Origin: an uncultured Deinococcales bacterium | GTDB lineage: Bacteria; Deinococcota; Deinococci; Deinococcales; JAAFIG01 | Length of the DNA: 10,722 bases | Assembly: GCA_964244895.1 (NCBI GenBank) | Contig: CAXTKV010000180.1 | Location: forward strand, 1 to 10,722 | Direction of reading: 5' to 3' | In this document: piece after piece, positions 1 to 7,848 of the stretch | Numbering within the stretch: position 1 is the first letter of the stretch | How the letters are laid out: the number at the start of each line of letters is the position of its first letter | The notes under the pieces: generated by a model | What the model saw: the letters and a program-made list of their open reading frames with translations, nothing else | Databases searched by the model: none | What the model was told of the DNA's origin: nothing | Program-made: the position numbers and the translations under genes

Positions 1-375
1 TTTTTGATGCGCCAGTTTTTTCTTTCGTTGCCGGTTGAACTTGAGGAGGCCGCCACCCTGGACGGCGCGAGCACGCTGGGAACCTTCACCCGCGTGATGC
101 TGCCGCTGTGCGGCCCGGCGCTCGCAACGCTCGGCGTGCTGTCGTTCATGGCGTCGTGGAACAACTTCTTGTGGCCGCTGTTGATCGTCAGCGACCGCAA
201 TTTGATGACCCTGCCGCTGGCGCTGTCCACGCTTCAGAGCGTGTACCCCGGTCAGACGCAATGGAACCTGATCATGGCGGGCAGCGTGATCACGGTCGCG
301 CCGATGGTGCTGGTTTTCCTGCTCGCGCAGCGCTGGGTCGTGGAAGGTGTGGCGACCAGCGGGTTGAAGGGGTGA
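1..375 (+). CDS. Carbohydrate ABC transporter permease (MalG-like), C-terminal part; 5'-truncated by the window edge
   Basis: Frame is open from base 1 ([23 protein letters not shown] = EAA loop). Hydrophobic segments, SWNNFLWP motif and typical C-terminus '[16 protein letters not shown]'. Stop TGA at 373-375. Confidence 0.95.
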   Translation, partial: FLMRQFFLSLPVELEEAATLDGASTLGTFTRVMLPLCGPALATLGVLSFMASWNNFLWPLLIVSDRNLMTLPLALSTLQSVYPGQTQWNLIMAGSVITVAPMVLVFLLAQRWVVEGVATSGLKG

Positions 376-404
376 TGCGCGTGCCGTGACCCCAAACCGG
401 ATGG

Positions 405-535
405 CTCGAGGAACACCGTCCCAGACGCGATTCTTGTGATTCAAAAAACGCCGTCCCAGACGGTCTTCCCAAAAAGCTCAGCTCGAGAAACCCCGCACCA
501 GCCGACCGACACGAGATCCGTCCAGCCCGTTTTTC
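405..535. repeat. Cluster of REP-like imperfect palindromic repeats
   Basis: CTCGAGGAACACCGTCCCAGACG (405-427), AAACGCCGTCCCAGACGGTCTT (446-467) and CGAGATCCGTCCAGCCCGTTTTTC (512-535). Same core as the copies at 4813-4935 and 7788-7848. Confidence 0.7.
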
Positions 536-546
536 AGGAGGTTCGT

Positions 547-1779
547 ATGAAACGATTCGCACTCGTCCTCGCCCTGTTCGCCGCCCTCGGTCTGGCGCTC
601 GCGCAGCAGACCGTGACGCTGAACTTCTTTTCGTTCACCACGGATGCCGGTCACGTCAAGGCGCTCGATTCGATCATCGCGGCCTTCCAGAAAGAAAACC
701 CCGGTATCACCGTCAAGTACACGACCGCGCCGTTCGACACGTACTTCACCAAGCTTCAGACGGACGTGGCCGCCGGGCAGGCACCGGACGTGTTTGAACT
801 GAACTACGAGAACTTCGTGACTTTCGCCTCGAAGGGCACGCTGCGCGAACTGGGCTCGTTAATGCGCAAGGACAGCTCGCTGGCGCCCGACACCTTCTAC
901 CCGGCGGCGCAGAACGCCTTCAAGTACCGCAGCGTCCAGTACGGCCTGCCGATGACCTTCTCGACGGTGGTGCTGTTCTACAACAAGGATCTGTTCGACA
1001 AAGCGGGCGTCGCCTATCCGACAAAAGCCTGGACCTGGAAAGAGGAACTCGAGGCCGCCAAGAAACTGACCGACACATCCAAGAAAGTCTGGGGCGATTT
1101 CCAGCCCGTGCAGTTCTGGGAGTTCTACAAGGTCGCGGCCCAGGCCGGTGGCGGCCTGCGGGTCAGCCCGAGCGTGCAGATCGACACGCCCAAGAACCGC
1201 GAGGCGCTGCACTGGCTGGTGGACAAGGTGCTGGTCAGCAAGGTCGTTCCCAGCGCCGCCGAGATGAGCGGCGTGGGTGACGGCGACATGTTCGTGAACG
1301 GGCAACTCGCCATGATCCACACGGGCATCTGGATGTTCGATACCTTCTCCAAGGCGAACTTCAAATGGGACATCGCGCTCGAACCCGGCGGCGCCAAAAA
1401 GGGCACGCACTTCTTCTCGAACGCCGCCGTCATCAGTAAAACCAGCAAGAACGCCGACGCCGCCTACAAATGGGTCAAGTACCTGGCCGCCAGCCCCGTG
1501 ACCGCCAGGACGCGCATCGATACGTCCTGGGAACTGCCCGCGTTTTCGCTCAGCCAGCGCGCCAACGTCGCGGCCTACCTGGAAAAGCCGATGCCCGCCA
1601 ACCGCGAGGCGGTCTTTGAATCCCTCCAGTACGCGGTCACACCCCCGGTGATCGAGAACCAGTCGCAGCTTCAGGACATCATCAATCAGGAACTCGAGGC
1701 CGCCAAGCTGGGCACCAAGACCGTCGAGCAGGCCCTTGGGAGCGCGCAGCAGCGCGTCGCGGCCCTCCTGGGAAAGTAG
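547..1779 (+). CDS. Sugar ABC transporter solute-binding protein (family 1), cycloalternan-binding-protein-like, 410 aa
   Basis: AGGAGG RBS at 536-541 precedes ATG 547. Sec signal peptide MKRFALVLALFAALGLALA-Q with no lipobox. Motifs YFTKLQT..A.G.APD.FELNYE, YNKDLFDKAG, TGIWMFD, THFF and NREAVFESLQY. Confidence 0.93.
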   Translation: MKRFALVLALFAALGLALAQQTVTLNFFSFTTDAGHVKALDSIIAAFQKENPGITVKYTTAPFDTYFTKLQTDVAAGQAPDVFELNYENFVTFASKGTLRELGSLMRKDSSLAPDTFYPAAQNAFKYRSVQYGLPMTFSTVVLFYNKDLFDKAGVAYPTKAWTWKEELEAAKKLTDTSKKVWGDFQPVQFWEFYKVAAQAGGGLRVSPSVQIDTPKNREALHWLVDKVLVSKVVPSAAEMSGVGDGDMFVNGQLAMIHTGIWMFDTFSKANFKWDIALEPGGAKKGTHFFSNAAVISKTSKNADAAYKWVKYLAASPVTARTRIDTSWELPAFSLSQRANVAAYLEKPMPANREAVFESLQYAVTPPVIENQSQLQDIINQELEAAKLGTKTVEQALGSAQQRVAALLGK

Positions 1780-1787
1780 GGGACGGA

Positions 1788-2852
1788 ATGAACGCGCCCA
1801 CCACCCGTTCCAATTCGTCACTCCCTTTGCGTCTCCTTCAGATCGGAATGGGTGGCTGGGGTCGCAGCTGGGCCGCCACGGTCGTTCCCGGCCTCGAGGC
1901 CGTGCAGGCCGTCGGATGGGTGGACGCGACCCCCCAGGCGCTCGAGGAGGCCCGAGGGGCGCTCGGGCTGCCGGAGGCGCTCTGTTTCAACAGTCTGCAC
2001 GATGCGCTCGAGAAGGTTCAGGCGGACGCCGTGCTGATCACCGCTCCGGCCATCGTGCACGCCCCGATCGCGATTCAGGCACTCGAGGCCGGACTGCACG
2101 TGCTGGTCGAGAAACCCTTCGCACCCACCCTTCAGGACGCGCGCCGGGTGGTCGAGGTGGCTCACGCACAAAAACGCAGGCTGATGGTCAGCCAGAATTA
2201 CCGCTTTCATCCCGCCCCGCAGCTCGCGGCGCAGCTGATTCGGGATCAGCGGCTGGGTCGGGTCGGGGGGGTTCACGTGGACTTCCGGCGCGACAACGTT
2301 CGGGCCTCACCGACCTCGCCGCACCTGCTCTGGCCGCAACCGTTGCTGCTCGACATGGCGATTCACCACTTCGACCTGATGCGTTTTGTCCTCGGTCGGG
2401 AAGTGCGCGAGATGCATTGCCGCGCCTGGAATCCGGCCTGGAGCCTCTACCGCGACCCCGCCAGCGCCGTGGCGACCATCGACTTCGGCGAGGGTGCCGT
2501 GGTCAGTTACAGCGGAAGCTGGGTCAGTCCGGGTAAGGTCACGCCCTGGGCGGGCGAGTGGCGCATCGAATGCGAGGACGGCGAGATCAGTTTCGTCAGT
2601 CGCGGCGACGTGGGCGTGCCGGACGCGGTTCGCGTGCGCCGCATCGGGAAGCGCCCACAACGGCTCCAGTTACCCGTCATGGCGCACACGGATCGGCTGG
2701 GAAGCCTGAACGCTTTCGTCGAGGCCGTCCAAACGGGCATCGAACCGATGAGTTCTGGACGAGACAACCTTCAGAGCCTCGAGATGTCCCTGGCCGCGAT
2801 CCGTTCAGCCCAAGAGGAACGCGCCGTGCGCCCCGAAGCTGAGCTGGTCTGA
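1788..2852 (+). CDS. Gfo/Idh/MocA family NAD(P)-dependent oxidoreductase
   Basis: Rossmann motif IGMGGWG, HVLVEKP, QNYRF and LLDMAIHHFD. Starts 8 nt after the SBP stop. Confidence 0.93.
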   Translation: MNAPTTRSNSSLPLRLLQIGMGGWGRSWAATVVPGLEAVQAVGWVDATPQALEEARGALGLPEALCFNSLHDALEKVQADAVLITAPAIVHAPIAIQALEAGLHVLVEKPFAPTLQDARRVVEVAHAQKRRLMVSQNYRFHPAPQLAAQLIRDQRLGRVGGVHVDFRRDNVRASPTSPHLLWPQPLLLDMAIHHFDLMRFVLGREVREMHCRAWNPAWSLYRDPASAVATIDFGEGAVVSYSGSWVSPGKVTPWAGEWRIECEDGEISFVSRGDVGVPDAVRVRRIGKRPQRLQLPVMAHTDRLGSLNAFVEAVQTGIEPMSSGRDNLQSLEMSLAAIRSAQEERAVRPEAELV

Positions 2853-2983
2853 ACCTCAATGACTCGAGAAGCCGGTTCTTCCTTCAAGATTCTGAAAGGT
2901 AAACGCCAGGGCTGGCGCGAGTTGATCGCCCGGTCACACCACCGAGCGGCCCGTCAGGGTCGTGGTGGCCCACCTCGAGACCT

Positions 2984-2998
2984 GGACGATGATCGTCC
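2984..2998. promoter_or_regulatory. Perfect 7-1-7 palindrome directly upstream of the GH15 ribosome-binding site
   Basis: GGACGAT-G-ATCGTCC, followed by GGAG at 3000-3003 and ATG at 3012. Function unknown. Confidence 0.3.
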
Positions 2999-3011
2999 TG
3001 GAGACAACGTG

Positions 3012-4091
3012 ATGTCGATGAAAAACGCCCATCTGGATATCCAGCTCATCCGGCAGTTTCAACACGCCTCGGGCGCGTACCCGGCCAGCCCGAGCTTCTC
3101 GCAGTACCCGCACTCGTGGTTGCGGGATGGTTCGTTCATCGCGCACGCGATGGATCGCGCGGGCTCGCACGCGAGCGCTCGAGCCTTTCACGGCTGGATC
3201 GCGCGCACGCTCGAGCCGCACGTCGATCACGCCGAATGGTTGATCCGCCAGGCGAGGGTGGGCGAACCCGTCCGACCCGCCGAAATGCTGCCCGCGCGCT
3301 TCAGCCTGAACGGGGAATGGTTGCGCGACGACGGCTGGCCGAACTACCAGCTCGACGGTTACGGTCAATGGCTGTGGTCGCTGACGGAGCACCTGGGGCG
3401 CACCGGAGAGGACAGGCTGCCCGCAGCGCTCGAGGACGCCGTCAGGATCGTTGGACGGTACGTACAGACCTTCTGGCGCGAGCCGTGCTCGGATTGCTGG
3501 GAGGAAAAACCCGATCTGGTTCACACCTCGACGCTGGCATCGATTCACGGCGGGTTGAAGGCGATCTCTCGGTTCCTGCCGGAATTCGCCGCATCCGCCG
3601 AGGAGGTGCGCGCGTTCATCCTTAAAAATTGCGTGCAGGACGGTCATTTCATCAAATCCATCGGTGATGGCAGCGTGGACGCGAACCTGATCTGGGTCTC
3701 GACGCCGTTCGAGGTCGTGCCCGCCTCCGACCCGTTGATGCGCGCCACCATCGCCGAGATCGAGCGCACACTGGTGCGCGACGGCGGCGTTATCCGCTAC
3801 GCCAGGGACGAATATTACGGCGCGGGCGCGTGGCTGTTGCTGACCGATTTTTTGGCCTGGCACCTGGCCATAGACGGAAACCTCGAGCGGGCGAGCGCGT
3901 ATCACGCCTGGGTCGAATCGATGCGCGAGTCCGCCGGTTATCTACCCGAGCAAGTCCCCATCTCGAGCACCGACCCGGCGCGGCTCGAGCACTGGATCGC
4001 AGAGTGGGGAACGTCAGCATCGCCGCTCTTGTGGTCGCACGCCATGCACCTGATCGCCGCATCTGAGCTGCGTTCGCCTGAGCGTTCCTGA
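3012..4091 (+). CDS. Glycoside hydrolase family 15, isomaltose glucohydrolase-like, catalytic domain only (about 359 aa, no signal peptide)
   Basis: GH15 motifs SWLRDG, QLDGYG, DCWEE (general acid), LPEQ (general base) and PLLWSHAM. GGAG at 3000-3003 favours ATG 3012 (GTG 3009 and ATG 3018 are alternatives) over the ORF-track start at 2859. Confidence 0.9.
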   Translation: MSMKNAHLDIQLIRQFQHASGAYPASPSFSQYPHSWLRDGSFIAHAMDRAGSHASARAFHGWIARTLEPHVDHAEWLIRQARVGEPVRPAEMLPARFSLNGEWLRDDGWPNYQLDGYGQWLWSLTEHLGRTGEDRLPAALEDAVRIVGRYVQTFWREPCSDCWEEKPDLVHTSTLASIHGGLKAISRFLPEFAASAEEVRAFILKNCVQDGHFIKSIGDGSVDANLIWVSTPFEVVPASDPLMRATIAEIERTLVRDGGVIRYARDEYYGAGAWLLLTDFLAWHLAIDGNLERASAYHAWVESMRESAGYLPEQVPISSTDPARLEHWIAEWGTSASPLLWSHAMHLIAASELRSPERS

Positions 4092-4170
4092 GCGCCATCT
4101 CTCGAGAGGATTCGAGATCGCTTCCGAGTGCTGAGCCAGGATTCAGTTCAGGTTCGCGGCGCGCTGAAGC

Positions 4171-4374
4171 TCATCTCTTGGTCAAAACTGCGATCACGAG
4201 GATGACCAGGAAAAACGCGCCGCCGACGATCATCAGCCAGGCGGAACCCGTGCGGCTCCGGTGCGGAATGATCGGTTCGACCAGCCCAAATTCGACCGTC
4301 GCGCGCGGGTCGTGCGCCTGCGCTGCTTCTGCTTGAATGCGGGCTTGATCCGCTTGGTTGAGTTTCTCGAGCAT
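4171..4374 (-). CDS. Small hypothetical membrane protein (67 aa) with one C-terminal transmembrane helix
   Basis: GGGGAG RBS 6 nt before ATG. Hydrophobic tail AWLMIVGGAFFLVILVIAVL followed by TKR. Fills an otherwise empty gap. Confidence 0.75.
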   Translation of the reverse strand: MLEKLNQADQARIQAEAAQAHDPRATVEFGLVEPIIPHRSRTGSAWLMIVGGAFFLVILVIAVLTKR

Positions 4375-4451
4375 CGTTCACTCCCCAATGTGGTTTGAGA
4401 CCAGACGTTATCACGCTCCGTGTTCCCTCGCCACCCCGAGATCGGATGCGT

Positions 4452-4784
4452 TCAATCCGACATCATCAGCACGTTGTCGCTCGCGCCAACGATCTTGTAG
4501 GCGATCACTTCGCCTTCGGCCACGACCTTGATCGGGGCGCTCATCAGGGCCGCGTAATTGTCCTGCGTCCACTCTCTGGCCAGGCTGGTGGATTCCTTGG
4601 CATTTTCCGCGTCCTCGAAGATGCTGACGGTGTAGCCGTGTTCGTCGTCCGCGACGATAGCGAACCAGCCCACGAAACCGGGCGCGGCGCTGACCACAGG
4701 CAGGAATTGATCGTAGAGCCGTTCAGCGGTCTCACTGATCGGGTAGCTCGGGTCGAGCGTAATCTTGCGAATCACGAGGTGCAT
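4452..4784 (-). CDS. Hypothetical protein, probable ABM-like (dimeric alpha+beta barrel) domain
   Basis: AGGGGA RBS-like sequence before ATG. 110 aa with pattern 'FLPVVSAAPGFVGW...TVSIFED.E.A..S' typical of antibiotic biosynthesis monooxygenase-like folds. Confidence 0.72.
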   Translation of the reverse strand: MHLVIRKITLDPSYPISETAERLYDQFLPVVSAAPGFVGWFAIVADDEHGYTVSIFEDAENAKESTSLAREWTQDNYAALMSAPIKVVAEGEVIAYKIVGASDNVLMMSD

Positions 4785-4796
4785 ATTTCCCCTGTT

Positions 4797-4935
4797 CTCG
4801 AGCTTTTAGGTGCGTTCCAGACGGTGTTTTCTCGAGTTTGAAAGCGCTGAACAGTCTTCTCCTCTATTCGAGAGCACCGTCCAGTACGATCAAAACTCGA
4901 TTCTCGAGAACACCGTCCAGGACGGTGTTTCTAGA
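4797..4935. repeat. Cluster of REP-like palindromic repeats downstream of the oxidoreductase beta gene
   Basis: CCAGACGGTGTTTTCTCGAG (4817-4836), TCGAGAGCACCGTCCAGTACG (4868-4888) and CTCGAGAACACCGTCCAGGACGGTGTTTCTAGA (4903-4935), which contains the perfect palindrome AACACCGTCC-A-GGACGGTGTT (4909-4929). Confidence 0.8.
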
Positions 4936-5818
4936 TCAGTGCCCGTTTGAGCGCCTCGAATCGCGCGGCGTCCACAGCCGTCCCGCGCAGGGCTATGGGC
5001 GTCCCTGGGTTCATCCTGATGCTGTGCGATTGCGCATCGAAGGGCTCGCGGTCGGTGGATTCGTAGAAAATACCCATCGGAATCTTATCGCCCCACTCGA
5101 GGCAGCGCGCGAAGGCCGCCGCGCGGTCGTCCGGCGCGTGCCCAACGGCGTTGACATCGTAAATGCGTTCGCGGAACCACTCGTAGGTGTACTCCTTGCG
5201 GTTCCAGGTGACGCACGGTTGCAGGATGTCCACCAGCGCGTAACCGGGGTGCGCGATGGCGCGCTGGATCACGCTGACCATGTTTTTCAGGTCGCCGGAA
5301 AAGGTGCGCGCCACGAAGCCCGCGCCGGAGGCAATCGCCATCGCCAGGGGGTTGATCGCGTATTCCAGAAGCCCTTCGGGCGTGGTCGAGGAGATGTAAC
5401 CGTGGTCGCTGGTCGGGCTGGCCTGACCCTTCGTTAAACCGTAGGTCTGGTTGTTCTGCAGGATGTGCGTGAAGTTGATGTTGCGCCGCATGGCGTGAAT
5501 CCAGTGGTTGCCGCCCTCGCCCAGACCGTCGCCATCGCCGGTCACGGCCAGCACGGTCATGGTGTGGTTGGCGAGCTTGAAGCCCTGAGCGGCGGGCAGG
5601 GATCGCCCGTGCAGCGTCTGCCAGCCATTCGTGCGGATGTAATCGGGCAGTTTGGAACCGCAGCCGATACCCGAGAAGATCATCACGCGGTGCGGTTCGA
5701 TCTCGGATTTCACCAGGGCTTGCTGCAAACCAGCCAGGATGCCGTAATCGCCGCACCCGGCGCACCAGGTCACGTCTTCGGAATAGATCGGTCGGTAATC
5801 CTTGACGGCGACGGTCAC
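4931..5818 (-). CDS. korB: 2-oxoacid:ferredoxin oxidoreductase subunit beta (TPP-binding); 2-oxoacid specificity not determinable
   Basis: WCAGCGD, SGIGC, LHGR, TPP motif GDGD...NN, YGLTKGQASPT and LQPCVTWN. GTG start overlaps the alpha-subunit stop (GTGA) with a GGAGGT RBS. Confidence 0.95.
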   Translation of the reverse strand: MTVAVKDYRPIYSEDVTWCAGCGDYGILAGLQQALVKSEIEPHRVMIFSGIGCGSKLPDYIRTNGWQTLHGRSLPAAQGFKLANHTMTVLAVTGDGDGLGEGGNHWIHAMRRNINFTHILQNNQTYGLTKGQASPTSDHGYISSTTPEGLLEYAINPLAMAIASGAGFVARTFSGDLKNMVSVIQRAIAHPGYALVDILQPCVTWNRKEYTYEWFRERIYDVNAVGHAPDDRAAAFARCLEWGDKIPMGIFYESTDREPFDAQSHSIRMNPGTPIALRGTAVDAARFEALKRALI

Positions 5819-7635
5819 GAGCGCACCTCCCCTTGCGGTGCAGGGTTCGCCCGCACCTCTTCCGGCTCGAGGCGAGCCTGTAGTTTGCTTTCACCGAAGA
5901 CCCGCTCGAGCACCTGATCCACAATCCACTGCGGCGTGAACGGTCGCCCGTCGTACTTGGTGATGTGGTGGTGCATGGCGATTCCCGTCTCCATACGGAT
6001 CATCAGCGCGAGTTGTGAGGTGTAATTCTGTTCGACGCTGACGAGCTTCTTGGCCTTCTCGAGCATGGCTTGCGCGGAGGTCGGGAAGGGTTGAAGATCG
6101 CCGAACTGCAACAGGTTGGCGCGCCCGCCGAGCCGATCTACGGCCTCGCGCAGGCTCTGGTAGGTGCTGCCCCAACCGACCAGCGTGACCTCGGCATCGG
6201 CTGCACCGTAGAGTTCCGGCGCGCGCATCTCGAGTCGCGCGCCCTGGAGCTTCTTCATGCGCTTTTTCATCATGCGGTTGCGGTTCTCCGGGTCTTCCGT
6301 GATGCCGCCGTGCTCGGTGTGCTCGTCGCTCATGCCGTGGACGAAGGCTTTCGGGTGACCGACGATGGCGCGCGGGCTGATGCCATCGTCGGTCAGCTGG
6401 TAGCGCCCGTAAGAGTCGTCCGGCAGCTCGTCCAGCGCGGCGTAATCGAGCGTCTTGGCGCGGTCAACTTCCGACTGCACCTTCTCGAGGCTGAACGCAT
6501 CCGGCTCCACGTCGTAGACCAGGTGCGAGAGGTGCAAGCTCGAGAGCACGATCACCGGCGTCTGGTATTTTTCGGCCAGATTGAAGGCTCGCGCTGCCGT
6601 CTGGAACGCGTCCTCGAGATCCTTGACGGCCAGAATGATGCGCGGGAACTCGCCGTGGCCCGCGCCCAGCATGGTCGTCAGGTCGGATTGCTCGTCGCGG
6701 GTCGGCATTCCGGTGCCGGGGCCACCGCGCTGCACGACCAGCACGACGATGGGAACCTCGTTGATGCCCGCCAGGGACAGGTGCTCGACCATCAGGTCGA
6801 AACCGCCGCCGGATGATCCGGTCATGGCCCGCAAGCCCGACCACGACGCACCCAGAGCCGCACTGATGGCCGCGATCTCGTCCTCGACCTGGTGCGCGAC
6901 GATGCCTAAACCCTCCTTGGAGGCGTTGATCAAGTATTCAAAGGCGCTCGACCACGGCGTCATCGGGTAGCCCGAGATGAACTTGCAGCCCGCTGCCAGC
7001 GCCCCCAGCGCGAACGCCTGGTTGCCGTGAACCAGCATTCTGGGCGGCAGCGTCAGCGGCTTCGGCAGCTTGTACGGGAAGGCGGGCGCGGCGGATTTGG
7101 CCCACTCCAGCCCGGCCAGGCCGACTTCGATATTTTTTTCGGCCAGGTCGGCGCTTTTCTTGCCGAAGTTGCGGCGCATGATCTCCGCCATCGGCGTGAA
7201 ATCCATGCCGGACAATCCCGCCGCCACGCCGAGCGCGGCGGTGTTGGCCATGATCTTGTTGCCGCCCACGTCCACGGCGAGCTTTTCCAGCGGTGCAGCC
7301 AGAGGCAGGTGCCCGCCCGCGATGACCTGGTTCTCGTCCACGTCGCTGCGGTTGGCGTCGTAGACGTAGGCCGCACCCGGAGCCAATTCGTGTTTGTGGT
7401 GGCGGTAACTGGGTTTGTCCAGACCGATCAGAACGTGCGTCTGGTGCGCGTGGGTTCGCACGATCTGGTCGCTGGCCCGGATGTGGTACGAGTTGTGCCC
7501 GCCCCTGATGCGCGATTCGTAATCCGCCACGCCGAAAACGTGATACTCGCGGGACAGGGCTCTGGCGAAGCCCGCACCGGAGCTTTCCACGCCCTGCCCG
7601 GCCTCGCCACCGATCGTGAAGACGACATCATTCAT
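5815..7635 (-). CDS. korA: 2-oxoacid:ferredoxin (acceptor) oxidoreductase subunit alpha with N-terminal gamma-like domain
   Basis: IGGEAGQGV, YESRIRGG, GNQA, SGYPMTP, EDEIAA, QRGGPGTGMPT..EQ, VGWGST and VEQNY. Strong AAGGAGG RBS. Confidence 0.95.
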   Translation of the reverse strand: MNDVVFTIGGEAGQGVESSGAGFARALSREYHVFGVADYESRIRGGHNSYHIRASDQIVRTHAHQTHVLIGLDKPSYRHHKHELAPGAAYVYDANRSDVDENQVIAGGHLPLAAPLEKLAVDVGGNKIMANTAALGVAAGLSGMDFTPMAEIMRRNFGKKSADLAEKNIEVGLAGLEWAKSAAPAFPYKLPKPLTLPPRMLVHGNQAFALGALAAGCKFISGYPMTPWSSAFEYLINASKEGLGIVAHQVEDEIAAISAALGASWSGLRAMTGSSGGGFDLMVEHLSLAGINEVPIVVLVVQRGGPGTGMPTRDEQSDLTTMLGAGHGEFPRIILAVKDLEDAFQTAARAFNLAEKYQTPVIVLSSLHLSHLVYDVEPDAFSLEKVQSEVDRAKTLDYAALDELPDDSYGRYQLTDDGISPRAIVGHPKAFVHGMSDEHTEHGGITEDPENRNRMMKKRMKKLQGARLEMRAPELYGAADAEVTLVGWGSTYQSLREAVDRLGGRANLLQFGDLQPFPTSAQAMLEKAKKLVSVEQNYTSQLALMIRMETGIAMHHHITKYDGRPFTPQWIVDQVLERVFGESKLQARLEPEEVRANPAPQGEVRS

Positions 7636-7744
7636 TCACGCCCTCCTTTTTCGACGGGTGGGCGCTTCAGCGACCCATCCTGGGTGCAGGGAAGACGATG
7701 CGAGGGCGATGCCTGCACGAATTGTCGAATCAGGGATCAGCTTA
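7636..7744 (-). promoter_or_regulatory. Putative -10 element (TAAGCT, 7744-7739) and structured 5' leader of the korA-korB operon
   Basis: Nested inverted repeats: 7650-7655/7724-7729, 7684-7690/7712-7718 and 7656-7665/7670-7680. Segment 7702-7708 is complementary to 7639-7645, which overlaps the SD. No convincing -35. Confidence 0.4.
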
Positions 7745-7787
7745 CGCCTCGGGCCTGAGAAGGGGCTCCGGCTTGGCTGCTCGAGCG

Positions 7788-7848
7788 CGAGAAGACCGTC
7801 CAGCACGCGTTTTCTCAGATATCAAGATTCGCGTGCTGGACGGTCTCA
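7788..7848. repeat. Inverted pair of REP-like repeats (REPIN/BIME-like)
   Basis: Perfect 17-bp inverted repeat AGACCGTCCAGCACGCG (7793-7809) / CGCGTGCTGGACGGTCT (7830-7846) with a 20-nt spacer, flanked by CTCGAG at 7780 and 7863. Confidence 0.8.

Noticed and set aside
433..447. TTGTGATTC as a Rex or CRP/FNR site (CTTGTGATTC also occurs at 9273-9282)
   Set aside because: Only a half-site with no matching TCACAA arm at the proper spacing. The second copy overlaps the tatA RBS. Probably chance.
405..535. Repeat clusters as a mini CRISPR array (also 4813-4935)
   Set aside because: Copies are degenerate, irregularly spaced, in mixed orientation across the window, and no cas genes are present.
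436..546. 37-aa N-terminal extension of the SBP in the ORF track
   Set aside because: It is translated repeat DNA. The RBS and signal peptide define ATG 547.
859..1821. Long antisense and alternative-frame ORFs (e.g. 859-1821, 1736-2536, 2934-3905, 4838-5437, 5085-5924, 6070-6816, 7027-7758)
   Set aside because: They are shadows of well-supported genes in GC-rich DNA, with no recognisable motifs.
2859..3011. 51-aa N-terminal extension of GH15
   Set aside because: No RBS at 2859, low-complexity Arg-rich sequence, and GGAG sits correctly before ATG 3012 where GH15 similarity begins.
4092..4170. Bidirectional intrinsic terminator between the convergent blocks
   Set aside because: Only short palindromes (CTCTCGAGAG at 4099-4108) and no strong stem with a U-tract on either strand.
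7636..7780. TPP riboswitch upstream of the TPP-dependent korAB
   Set aside because: CTGAGA occurs only on the non-coding (plus) strand at 7755-7760, and the other conserved TPP aptamer elements are missing from the mRNA strand.
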